NCBI GenBank assembly: GCA_903824965.1
Contig: CAIJYR010000110.1
Span: 1 to 58,528 of the forward strand
Source of the DNA: an uncultured Thiotrichales bacterium
GTDB lineage: Bacteria; Pseudomonadota; Gammaproteobacteria; CAIRSR01
Length of the DNA: 58,528 nucleotides
Reading direction: 5' to 3'
The translations under genes and the position numbers were made by a program. Each line of letters starts with the position of its first letter. The first letter of the stretch is position 1. Below are positions 33,557 through 41,871 of this stretch, in pieces. A model generated the notes under the pieces. That model saw only the letters and a list, made by a program, of their open reading frames with translations. It was not told where the DNA came from and searched no databases.

Positions 33557-34624
33557 CTACTTGCAGATCGGCAGCGTGTGGTTGGACACGACGCTTGGGT
33601 ATAGGGTTCTTAGGCCACCACCCTCTCCAATCACCACGCTGTTGAAGGTGATACCCGATCCTGGATCTTTGATGAGATAGCGACAAGCCTGTTTGGTGCT
33701 GGGAGCACCAAGCAGGGTGATAGCGCGGGTTCCGTGTACCAACAGTTGTGGGCCATCCAGGGTGTAGAAATAGCCCGACGTATGCGGTGTTTGCACCCGT
33801 CGACCGCGCCATTCGTGTTCGATGCCTACGCTGTAGAGGATTCCAGGGAGGATTTCTTTCTGTCCCCGGTACGGTGCCATCAGCCCACCCCAGCCGCGAC
33901 GTTGCAGTTGCAGAAAGGCTCCACGGTAGTGTGGCCCGTCGATGCGTGTTGCGCTTGGCTCGCCGCAGAACACACGACGGAAACCATCCACCAAAAACCA
34001 GAGATCCGTAACCCGATCGAGCACAGCACGATGACCACAGTCGGTGCCTTTTTCGGGGCAGCCCAAGGCAGCGGTGAGATCCGCAAAGAGCGCATCTTCT
34101 GACTCGATGAGGGTTCGGAAGGCCCCTGGCTCTGGATAGTCTCCAGGATAGCCGCAGAGGGCAAGCAGACGCTCTTCCAGGGGAGTCACGGGGGGGGGCG
34201 ACGGCGTGATGTCGACGAGTTTATGGCGTGGATAGTCGACATACACCGGATTGTCGATTTGATCGAAAAAATGGTTAAACCGGAGTGTCCCTGAGTCCGC
34301 ACGGTATTCCCCGCAGTCTAGATCGGCCCAGCGCACCCGTGGCCGTGCATCTGGCACAATGATGCGTATCCAGCCACCCCCTCGCAGATCCAAAGTCAGC
34401 GCACGGTACGCCTTGCCAGGTTCTAGCTGGACATTGCCGGGGTTCAAGCCCTGCAGGGTGAGGGTCGCCGAACACTGATCGGAGGCAACGAACTCCCCAT
34501 GGGTCGCGACCACAGCAGCACCGGACTGCTCTGCCACCAGCCACAGGATAAGCCCAACGATCAAGAAGCCAATGTATTTGCTGGAGAGCACGAAACAGTC
34601 CTGTCGCAATACCGTTACAAGCAC
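33557..34624 (-). CDS. hypothetical secreted/membrane-anchored protein; weak XendoU-like resemblance
   Basis: 355-aa ORF with a GTG start. An N-terminal hydrophobic signal or anchor is present (IGFLIVGLILWLVAEQSGAAVVA). The segment LWFLVDGFRRVFCGEPSATRIDGPHYRGAFLQL loosely resembles the WF..SGFEHVFVGE..GFHNW core of EndoU nucleases, but the first catalytic His is replaced. Confidence 0.5.
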   Translation of the reverse strand: MLVTVLRQDCFVLSSKYIGFLIVGLILWLVAEQSGAAVVATHGEFVASDQCSATLTLQGLNPGNVQLEPGKAYRALTLDLRGGGWIRIIVPDARPRVRWADLDCGEYRADSGTLRFNHFFDQIDNPVYVDYPRHKLVDITPSPPPVTPLEERLLALCGYPGDYPEPGAFRTLIESEDALFADLTAALGCPEKGTDCGHRAVLDRVTDLWFLVDGFRRVFCGEPSATRIDGPHYRGAFLQLQRRGWGGLMAPYRGQKEILPGILYSVGIEHEWRGRRVQTPHTSGYFYTLDGPQLLVHGTRAITLLGAPSTKQACRYLIKDPGSGITFNSVVIGEGGGLRTLYPSVVSNHTLPICK

Positions 34625-35059
34625 TCAGCGCTGTGGGAATGGGTTCACAACACGGATGGGAATTCACACAAAGAGCACGCACACCCCGACCATAGTCCAC
34701 GAAGGAATGGGTCGAACAAGGACAGTGCCATGGTACGCTATATTGCGCATCCCTATCAACGGATAGATACTATCATTCCTTGCGCATTCTCGGTGGAAAA
34801 ATCGCAGGACTGGAAATTTTCCCACAAAATCATACTAAAAACAACGCTCTCAAAGCACACTACATCCTAGGGATATTGCTAAAACCCGTTATCAGAAAGA
34901 GGTTGGGTGCTGTCCGACTGACCACGGGAATGATACACTGTGCTGGACATGGCACTTTTTCTGCCTCACGCACTGTATTCCGATCAATCATCCACGTCTT
35001 GTTGAGTCGCTGGCTGTCACCATCCAACCTGGCGGAATCTGTTCTGCTGGCGGGATGAT

Positions 35060-35227
35060 CTGAGAGGCAACCAGTCCGCCGAAGGGCAGACGACAAGCAG
35101 TGAAGCGAAAGCTACGTTGCCCTTACGGGCTGACCAGCTAGGAAATATCGGCCTCTTTGACTGACGGTTCTCTAAAACCGCCTCCTTTCCTCCACGCGCC
35201 TACGGCGGGGTTTCTCGGAGACTACTG
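35060..35227 (+). promoter_or_regulatory. structured 5' leader (copy A), homologous to the 3' part of the 5682-6114 element
   Basis: 35120-35222 aligns with 5900-6011 through shared blocks: CCCnTAnGGGCTGAC(C)AGCnnGGAAAnAnCGGC, CTAAAACC, a pyrimidine tract with CCTCC, a hairpin (CGCC-TAC-GGCG) and GGGGTTTCTCGGAGAC. The ATG lies 5 nt downstream. Confidence 0.4.
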
Positions 35228-36112
35228 ATGACAGACCATTCCCATATGCTCGCGATTATGTTTGCTGACATTAGTGGCAGCACAGCACTCTTTGAGAAAC
35301 TGGGGGATGTGGCGGCTCGCCGGATCGTGGCGGGCTGTCTCACCAAGCTGACCGACGCCACACTTGCCCAGGCGGGTACAGTCATCAAATCCGATGGAGA
35401 TGACATTTTGTGTACCTTTCCCACTGCACAGGCGGCCGTAAAAGCCAGTGTAGCCATGCATGAAGCCCTGGAAAGGGTGGATGCCGGACAGACCCGCATG
35501 GGTGCCAGGATTGGTATCAACTACGGCCCTGTCCTCCTGGAAGGCGGAGATATCTACGGCGATACGGTGAACGTAGCGGCGCGTGTGGCTGCTCTCACCA
35601 AAGTGAACCAGACCCTGTGCACGGTGCAAGTGATGGAATCGCTTGGCATATCGTCTTTCGATACGCGCTACCTGGGGCGTATGCAGGTGAAAGGGAAGCA
35701 GGAAGAGATCGAGATCCATGAGATTATCTGGAAGCACGAGGATGTAACTTCTATGGGTGGTTTTGCGCCCAAACCAGTTGTGGCGGTGCGGCGATTGTTG
35801 CGTTTGGTGTTAGACGATCAGCGTGTCGAGATTGGCCCCCAGCGTCCGAGTGTAACCCTAGGGCGTAAGAACGCCGATCTGGTCACAGCCGAGCCATTGG
35901 CTTCTCGGATGCACGCTAAGATCGAGTATCGAAGCGGGAAGTTTATGATCAAAGATCAGAGCACCAACGGAACTTTTGTGCGCACCAAAGACGGGCGTGA
36001 GGTTGTCCTTCACCTGGAGGAGTTTCCTTTGCAGGGAAGCGGTTCTATTGGCCTGGGTTGTTCCCCCGATCCAGAGAGTCCCCACGTCCTGCATTTTGAC
36101 GCGGACGACTAG
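35228..36112 (+). CDS. class III adenylate/guanylate cyclase domain fused to a C-terminal FHA domain
   Basis: Cyclase motifs are LAIMFADISGSTALFEKLGD, GDDILCTF and IGINYGPVLLEGGDIYGDTVNVAARV. The FHA domain reads VTLGRKNADLVTAEPLASRMHAKIEYRSGKFMIKDQSTNGTFV. Confidence 0.85.
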   Translation: MTDHSHMLAIMFADISGSTALFEKLGDVAARRIVAGCLTKLTDATLAQAGTVIKSDGDDILCTFPTAQAAVKASVAMHEALERVDAGQTRMGARIGINYGPVLLEGGDIYGDTVNVAARVAALTKVNQTLCTVQVMESLGISSFDTRYLGRMQVKGKQEEIEIHEIIWKHEDVTSMGGFAPKPVVAVRRLLRLVLDDQRVEIGPQRPSVTLGRKNADLVTAEPLASRMHAKIEYRSGKFMIKDQSTNGTFVRTKDGREVVLHLEEFPLQGSGSIGLGCSPDPESPHVLHFDADD

Positions 36113-36161
36113 ACTGTTTACAAACGAACAGCTACCCCCCTGCTGGAGAAACAGAAAAACC

Positions 36162-36884
36162 ATGCACAGCAGACCATTCTCTCCCTACTTGCTGCTGGCG
36201 CTGTTCTTGACCAGCCAGTGTGTATTGCCCTCGTTTGCGGAGTCCACACAGGAGATCCAGAGTCTGGATTCTGTCGCAGCGTCTGTTCAGCATTTCCTCC
36301 TCGGATTACAGGAGGGGGGGGCGGGACAAGCCTCCGTTGTGGTGGATACGCTGGATTCTCGCTTGCGCCTTAGCGCGTGCACTGCGCCGCTGGAGGTGTC
36401 GCTGGCCCCAGGGAGTCGTTCCAGTGGTCGAACGTTGGTGGCTGTGCATTGCACGGCTCCCCATGCCTGGTCGCTGTACGTCCCTGCGAAGGTCTCGGTG
36501 CCTGTGTTCGTGGTGATTGCTGCGCACCCTCTGTTTCGCGATCAGGTCATCCGCGCTGCGGATATCAGCGTCGAAAAACGGGACGGAGGAGATATCTCCG
36601 GGAGCTACGTAAGCGATCCCAATCAAATGATCGGCAAAATAGCTACACGCGTCCTCAGCGCAGGCATGATCTTGACCCCTGATGCAGTCCAATCGGTTCG
36701 ACTGATTCATCGAGGCGATCGAGTGAGTCTCGTGGCAGAAGGCAGCGGATTGTCGGTACGGAGTGTTGGTATTGCGCTTGCCGATGCGGGTGTCGGAGAA
36801 CATGTCTCCGTGCGCAACGAAAGTTCTCAGCGCGTCGTAGAAGGCACTGTGAACCAAGACGGTGCCGTGGTGATTCACTGGTGA
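36162..36884 (+). CDS. flgA: flagellar basal-body P-ring formation chaperone FlgA (SAF domain)
   Basis: Trimmed to ATG 36162 (signal peptide MHSRPFSPYLLLALFLTSQCVLPSFAES). The C-terminus ...IHRGDRVSLVAEGSGLSVRSVGIALADAGVGEHVSVRNESSQRVVEGTV is typical of FlgA. Confidence 0.75.
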   Translation: MHSRPFSPYLLLALFLTSQCVLPSFAESTQEIQSLDSVAASVQHFLLGLQEGGAGQASVVVDTLDSRLRLSACTAPLEVSLAPGSRSSGRTLVAVHCTAPHAWSLYVPAKVSVPVFVVIAAHPLFRDQVIRAADISVEKRDGGDISGSYVSDPNQMIGKIATRVLSAGMILTPDAVQSVRLIHRGDRVSLVAEGSGLSVRSVGIALADAGVGEHVSVRNESSQRVVEGTVNQDGAVVIHW

Positions 36885-37233
36885 GGTTTCGGATCACACG
36901 ATTACTGGACTAATGAACGCGAATTTGCAACAATTGGAGATACTCTAGATCGATCTCTGTGATGCGACGGCAATCACAGAGGAATGGATCGCTGGCCTTG
37001 ATCTGTACGATGGATATACTTTGATGCGTTGAGGCGCACCATCTGCTCCTGGCCCGCGAGTTCCACGGGATCTCAAGTCTGTGGAGAGGTCGTGAGACCT
37101 GGGGAGTAGTCGGCTGCGGCGCAAACCGCGTAAGACTCCTCCTGTGAAGCAGAAATCAGGCACACAAACCGTACGATAAGGTTTGGATAAGTCCTGAAGA
37201 ACGGTGGTTTGGTCTAACATTTGGAGAAATCTC

Positions 37234-37599
37234 ATGATTCGTTGGCTTGTCGGGGTGCTTGTTCTGATGTGTACTTTATTGACTTCCACGGCCACGTTTG
37301 CCGCAGGAGCCATCGCGGTTGTCGATGCTGAGGGCACCAAAGCATCGGAAGTCGGCTATGGCGTCGGCCGTGGCGATACTCGTGAGGCAGCCGCCGCTGA
37401 CGCTCTCAAGGATTGCAGGAAGGTTGGAAACACAGGCTGCGAGGTGGTTGTCCGTTACGATGTCTGTGGTGCCTACGCAGCGACCAAGAAATATGCGGGC
37501 AAAGGCTGGGGCAGTACAGAAGCCATTGCGAAGCAGAAAGCTATGGAGGAGTGCGGCGATCCTAAGTGCCGTGTGGTCGTGTCCGACTGCTCTGAGTAA
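37234..37599 (+). CDS. DUF4189-like secreted Cys-containing protein
   Basis: Trimmed to ATG 37234 (GGAGA SD; signal peptide MIRWLVGVLVLMCTLLTSTATFA). The GAIAV..GYGVGRG..AAAADALKDCRK.GNTGCEVVV..CGAYA pattern is duplicated with conserved Cys. Confidence 0.65.
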   Translation: MIRWLVGVLVLMCTLLTSTATFAAGAIAVVDAEGTKASEVGYGVGRGDTREAAAADALKDCRKVGNTGCEVVVRYDVCGAYAATKKYAGKGWGSTEAIAKQKAMEECGDPKCRVVVSDCSE

Positions 37600-37646
37600 T
37601 CTCTGTCACCCACGTTGCCACCGATCCGGCAACGCATCCACATAAT

Positions 37647-37683
37647 GAAAAGCTACGCATAACTAAATGCGTAGCTTTTTTCT
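37647..37683. terminator. bidirectional rho-independent terminator
   Basis: AAAA-AGCTACGCAT-AACTAA-ATGCGTAGCT-TTTTTTT forms a perfect 10-bp stem flanked by A- and T-runs. It lies between convergent genes. Confidence 0.8.
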
Positions 37684-37685
37684 TG

Positions 37686-37949
37686 TTACTTATCCCAACC
37701 AGACGCCTTATCACATTCTTTCTCTTCGACAGGGTGCGTCTTTTCCCACTTAGTGATGCTTTGTGCATCATTCTCACTCATCTTATTATTCATACATTCG
37801 CAATATTTCTTCACTACCTCGGCGGAGACTTTTGCGTCCGCATTATCCACTACGCACTGGTTGATCCATTTTGTATCATCGGCATTCGCGTATACAACAC
37901 CACTTGTCAGGACAGAACCGACAATGAGTAGAGCGGTAGTCAATTTCAT
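37686..37949 (-). CDS. small secreted Cys-containing protein, unknown function
   Basis: Trimmed to MKLTTALLIVGSVLTSGVVYA (signal peptide); 87 aa with 4 Cys. The region is AT-rich. Leader motif F lies immediately upstream. Confidence 0.55.
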   Translation of the reverse strand: MKLTTALLIVGSVLTSGVVYANADDTKWINQCVVDNADAKVSAEVVKKYCECMNNKMSENDAQSITKWEKTHPVEEKECDKASGWDK

Positions 37950-37983
37950 GAGTGTTCTCCGAAAAACCCTGATCTTCAGGGTT
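37950..37983 (-). promoter_or_regulatory. leader motif copy F
   Basis: The minus strand reads AACCCTGA-AGA-TCAGGGTT (hairpin) TTTCGGAGAACACTC-ATG. Confidence 0.35.
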
Positions 37984-38132
37984 AGGATAAAAGGATACGA
38001 TTTCGTGGTTACCCGCACCCCCGTCTATGCCCACCGCTTGATGGACATCAGACCCATCCTATACATCCATGATCCAAAATGCAATGAACAACAAAATCCA
38101 CGGCTGGCTGTTCGTGGCTATGCCACACTTTT

Positions 38133-38381
38133 TTACTTTGCCATTATTTTGCCTACCTCCTCTTCAAGCGCCTTGACCTTTTCGGGCTGGTGATTGGCTT
38201 TGTAGAGGTTTGCAAGATTCCTCAGAGTCTGCGCCAGTTTCGGCCCATATGCGGCGGGATTTTTCTCTGCCAGTTCGCGGCGAATCTTGAGCGCCTCCTG
38301 ATAGGCATTCTCCGCCTCCGAGAGGCGCTGGGTATCCTTGACGACCAACACAACGCCAACCAAGACAAGGGGATACTTCAT
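38133..38381 (-). CDS. small protein with N-terminal hydrophobic segment and single TPR-like helix pair
   Basis: 82 aa: MKYPLVLVGVVLVV..., then SEAENAYQEALKIRRELAEKNPAAYGPKLAQTLRNLANLY (TPR_12-like). Confidence 0.5.
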   Translation of the reverse strand: MKYPLVLVGVVLVVKDTQRLSEAENAYQEALKIRRELAEKNPAAYGPKLAQTLRNLANLYKANHQPEKVKALEEEVGKIMAK

Positions 38382-38423
38382 CGTAAAGTCTCCGAGAACA
38401 ACCGCCCTTTAAGGTCGGAGAGG
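38382..38423 (-). promoter_or_regulatory. leader motif copy E
   Basis: The minus strand reads CCTCTCCGACCTTAAAGGGCGGTTGTTCTCGGAGACTTTACG-ATG. Confidence 0.35.
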
Positions 38424-38473
38424 TAAAGGGGGGGAGCTTGTCGAACCACCCCATGGCTCTACGCCCTAGGGTT

Positions 38474-39064
38474 TCAAGGTTGACCAGTACGGCTGATGCC
38501 GTAGCTCTTCTCCACGAGGAGAGCCACTGTCCCATCACAGAATGGCAGTGTCTTGCCAACGGTAATCTGTTTTAGGTTCCACAGTTGTCTGATTTCCGAC
38601 TCCATGGCCGCCACCTCGTCAACACGCCCCTCATCTTTTAGTCGTTGCCCCTCATTTTCCAGGTATCGTTCCAAACCGTCTGGACGAAACAGCGCTGCTT
38701 CCCACGCTTCCGGTTCCCCTTCTACCAACACCCAACCGGCATTCCACTCGTCATCGGGTAGGGTAAACCAGACCAATTTTCGCAACAGCCTACCATCCTG
38801 TGCATGTTCATAGACAAACCAATCTGCGGAAGTATCCCCATAGACAAAAAAGATTTCTCCCAATTCTCTTGATTTGGCTTCGGTCAGGGAAACTTCACCG
38901 GAGAGTATTTCCTCATTCGGCAGCTCGTCGTCGGGTTCAAAACCGCAGAGTACCCACGAAGAATTGGGAAGTATCTCAACCTTCTTTCCAAAGAATTCCG
39001 TGGCCTTCTTGATCGAAGAGTAACGCACAAAATAGGCAGAGTAGGATTGCACACGACACCTCAA
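38474..39064 (-). CDS. hypothetical cytoplasmic protein
   Basis: 196-aa ORF with a TTG start (uncertain). It is acidic and no family was recognised. Confidence 0.45.
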   Translation of the reverse strand: MRCRVQSYSAYFVRYSSIKKATEFFGKKVEILPNSSWVLCGFEPDDELPNEEILSGEVSLTEAKSRELGEIFFVYGDTSADWFVYEHAQDGRLLRKLVWFTLPDDEWNAGWVLVEGEPEAWEAALFRPDGLERYLENEGQRLKDEGRVDEVAAMESEIRQLWNLKQITVGKTLPFCDGTVALLVEKSYGISRTGQP

Positions 39065-39141
39065 GACGCATGGTCAGATAGGGAAGGAACCAGGTATTCG
39101 ATATCAAACCCTTGTGCAGCGAGTGAAACGATCATAGCATA

Positions 39142-39999
39142 TCAGCGCCGCTCGGCTTCTCCGACTTCCCAGAGGATGCGATCCAGCGCACGCCCAGGTA
39201 AAAAACGCCGTAGGAAATCGAACAGATACGCCGGTATCGTGACCGGATAGCGAGCGTGTGGATGAGGGTTCTCTAGGGCGTGAACCACCTTGGCACGCAC
39301 GGTGCCCACGCCTCTGGTGAAGATCGAAACCGATCCTTTGGTTTTGAAGCGTCGTTCCATCGTCGCGTACTGCGCGGCGTGGAGACTTCTAACGGGATCA
39401 ATGTTGCGTTGAAATGCGAGATACGCATTGGCCCGAAAGCGGCTACGGATAGGCCCAGGTTCAATGAGACTGACCGAAATGCCTGTGCCACGCAATTCTA
39501 GACGCAACGTATCGGCCAATCCTTCTAGGGCGTATTTGCTGGCGTTGTAAGCCCCTCGGTAGGGGAGCGCCACGTAGCCGAGCAGCGAACTGATGAACAC
39601 GATACGCCCCTGTCGTTGGCGACGCATGACGGGCAATACCAGGGAGGTAAGTTCGTGGGTACCGAATACATTGGTTTCAAACTGTTCGCGCAGTGCTTCA
39701 CGGGAGAGGTCTTCGACGGCACCAGGTTGGCCGTAGCCTGCGTTATTGCACAAGGCGTCGAGTGTGCCGTTGGTGCGATCTAGGACTTCTGCAACGGCGG
39801 CGCGGATCGAACGAGAATCGCACACATCGAGCAATAATCCGTTCAGTCCCATCGCGTTGAGTTTTTCTACATCCTCTGGCTGCCGCGCACTCGCAAAGGT
39901 TTGCCAGCCACGGGCTGATAGACCTTCTGCCACCGCAAGACCAATGCCCGAAGAACAACCCGTGATCAGAACACTCTTTGTCACGTTGCCTTCTATCAT
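39142..39999 (-). CDS. SDR-family oxidoreductase
   Basis: Trimmed to ATG 39999, because the track extension translates repeat R8. Motifs are VLITGCSSGIGLAVA (TGxxxGIG), NNAG and YNASKYAL (YxxxK). Confidence 0.85.
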   Translation of the reverse strand: MIEGNVTKSVLITGCSSGIGLAVAEGLSARGWQTFASARQPEDVEKLNAMGLNGLLLDVCDSRSIRAAVAEVLDRTNGTLDALCNNAGYGQPGAVEDLSREALREQFETNVFGTHELTSLVLPVMRRQRQGRIVFISSLLGYVALPYRGAYNASKYALEGLADTLRLELRGTGISVSLIEPGPIRSRFRANAYLAFQRNIDPVRSLHAAQYATMERRFKTKGSVSIFTRGVGTVRAKVVHALENPHPHARYPVTIPAYLFDFLRRFLPGRALDRILWEVGEAERR

Positions 40000-40040
40000 C
40001 AGTGCCTCCCATTGATTTTTTGAAGCAGATAGAGAAATGA

Positions 40041-40110
40041 GATTCTGATTTTCAGCTCGCCCCTCCCCGAAGGGGAGGGTTGGGGAGGGGAGTGTGCTGG
40101 TTTTGACTTG
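40041..40110 (+). repeat. REP/MITE-like element R8
   Basis: GATTCTGATTTTCAGCTCGCCCCTCCCCGAAGGGGAGGGTTGGGGAGGGGAGTGTGCTGGTTTTGACTTG. Confidence 0.85.
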
Positions 40111-40206
40111 TTTTTGACTTATTTTCGATGCTGCTGAGCAGTCGCCCTTTATTATCATTTCATTTTATTATCATAATTTTATTATTATCTTACTGCTTTT
40201 GTCGTT

Positions 40207-40268
40207 CTAAAACAACACAATCTGCCACCCCTCTCCTGAAAGGATAGGGGTATGCTAAAAGTCAAAAG
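40207..40268 (-). repeat. REP/MITE-like element R9 (inverted, degenerate; partner of R8)
   Basis: CTAAAACAACACAATCTGCCACCCCTCTCCTGAAAGGATAGGGGTATGCTAAAAGTCAAAAG. The spacer to R8 is AT-rich (TTATTATCA repeats). Confidence 0.7.
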
Positions 40269-40936
40269 ATAATAAACCGATGCAGGAATTCGACGATGCT
40301 CGGCATGAACAATACAAAACCACCTACCAACAGAATACCAACTACAAGAATCATAATAATCCTCCAGATCCGACGGGTAATCTTTTTCGGTTTCTTATAG
40401 GTTGTACGGAGGATGACTGTATTGGATAATTTATCATGCCACCCTTGTTTTCTTGCGTCGAATATAATCCAAAAGAAACCCAGCATTAGTGGCATGAAAG
40501 AGGCGGTATAATACAGGTGGCGTTTGATGAACTGTGCGGTCGTTGGTTTGCCCATGGAGGTTGCATCCAGAATGCAGATAGAAAAGATTGCTCTCCCAGG
40601 GGTTGTCATGGTTTTTTCAAAGTACAGTGTCAATATAAACAGATAAAAGAGAGCACTGATTAAGAACAGAGCAATCTGAATGCTTGGCGTCTGTTCAAAC
40701 ACAGTGTCCGCCAGCCAATCGGACAAATGCAAATAGACCATCCCAGAGAACAGAACAAAGAAGAGCAAGTCCGTGAAGGCGGCAACTGTTCTTATCCAAA
40801 GGCCAGCAAAGGCTCGCCTTTGAAGAAGGGTTGGATATTTCTTAGAGGAGGCCCAGCGACCATCGACAGGATCTATCGGAGAGTGATCAGGGGATGGTTC
40901 GGTTTGTTCTTCTGTTTGTTCTAACGAGGCATTCAC
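40262..40936 (-). CDS. RDD-family membrane protein
   Basis: The proposed start is GTG 40936 (GTGA overlap with the bioC stop). The RDD region is QRRAFAGLWIRTVAAFTDLLFFVLF, with 3-4 TM helices and a basic C-terminal tail. Confidence 0.7.
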   Translation of the reverse strand: MNASLEQTEEQTEPSPDHSPIDPVDGRWASSKKYPTLLQRRAFAGLWIRTVAAFTDLLFFVLFSGMVYLHLSDWLADTVFEQTPSIQIALFLISALFYLFILTLYFEKTMTTPGRAIFSICILDATSMGKPTTAQFIKRHLYYTASFMPLMLGFFWIIFDARKQGWHDKLSNTVILRTTYKKPKKITRRIWRIIMILVVGILLVGGFVLFMPSIVEFLHRFIIF

Positions 40937-41871
40937 GGCACATCCCCTGGACGCCGGATCTGTCCCACGGGTATGGTGACTGCCTGGGGAGATCGTAGGG
41001 AACGGGTGGCAGGAAACCAAGCGTGGCCATAGATAATCTCATAGGTGGCAGGCAGGCGACCCTCCTGCCGGAATTTCTCGTAAGCGTTCGTGAGTTGATG
41101 GAGCCGCCCCCGTCCCGTCAACCCACGCAGGCGACCCTGGGTGACATTGTGGGCACCGATACCTTTCAGGTCACGCATCAGTCCCGCCAAGTCTCCGTAG
41201 GTTAGGGTCATGTGCTCCACATCCATTACAATGCCACAAAAACCAGCACGGGTAAGCGTATCGCCTATATCGTGCATATCCAAGAAAGCATTCACATGGC
41301 TGTAATCGTCCACCGTGCGCCAGGCGTTACGCAATTCGCGAAGCGTATCCGGCCCAAACGTTGTGAAGACCAGCAAGCCATCGGAACGTAGAATCCGCCC
41401 CCATTCCTGAAAGGTGCGATCCAGATCCGGACACCATTGCAACGTCAGGTTTGAGTGGATCAGATCGATGCTGTCAGGTGCAAAAGGTAACGCATCGACA
41501 TCCGCACAAACAAAACCCTCTCTCGGATTCCGCCGAATCAGACGCAGAAGGCGTTCTACCCCCGATCGCCATCCCTGCCATCCAACAGCACGTCGACGCG
41601 CTTGTCGCAACATCGACGGCGCACTGTCTACAGCAATCACTCGTGCCTGCGGATAGCGTTCCGCCAACGCCACGGTGCCGCGTCCTGTTCCTGCGCCTGC
41701 ATCCAACACCCGATCCGGCGCCAGACGTACTTCTGAGAGGCGATCTAAAAGGCGTGCTCCCACCACCTGTTGTAGAACCGCACCCTCATCATAGCGCGTC
41801 GCCACCCGGTCGAAGGACTGCCTCACCTGGTGTTTGTTCGGGAGAAACGGTTCTAGCGATTGACTGATCAT
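40933..41871 (-). CDS. bioC: malonyl-ACP O-methyltransferase BioC-like SAM-dependent methyltransferase
   Basis: VRQSFDRVATRYDEGAVLQQVV, the SAM motif VLDAGAGTGRG, SNLTLQWCPDL and a C-terminal LKGIGAHNV...RLPATYEIIYGHAW typical of BioC. The start overlaps the rhodanese stop (ATGA). Confidence 0.8.
   Translation of the reverse strand: MISQSLEPFLPNKHQVRQSFDRVATRYDEGAVLQQVVGARLLDRLSEVRLAPDRVLDAGAGTGRGTVALAERYPQARVIAVDSAPSMLRQARRRAVGWQGWRSGVERLLRLIRRNPREGFVCADVDALPFAPDSIDLIHSNLTLQWCPDLDRTFQEWGRILRSDGLLVFTTFGPDTLRELRNAWRTVDDYSHVNAFLDMHDIGDTLTRAGFCGIVMDVEHMTLTYGDLAGLMRDLKGIGAHNVTQGRLRGLTGRGRLHQLTNAYEKFRQEGRLPATYEIIYGHAWFPATRSLRSPQAVTIPVGQIRRPGDVP

Noticed and set aside
34950-34964. Sigma54-like -24/-12 element TGGCAC-N5-CTGC as an annotated promoter.
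   Set aside because: There is only a single match, with a non-consensus -12 (CTGC rather than TTGC), and no enhancer-binding protein in the window. It is kept only as a testable note in the cyclase-FHA finding.
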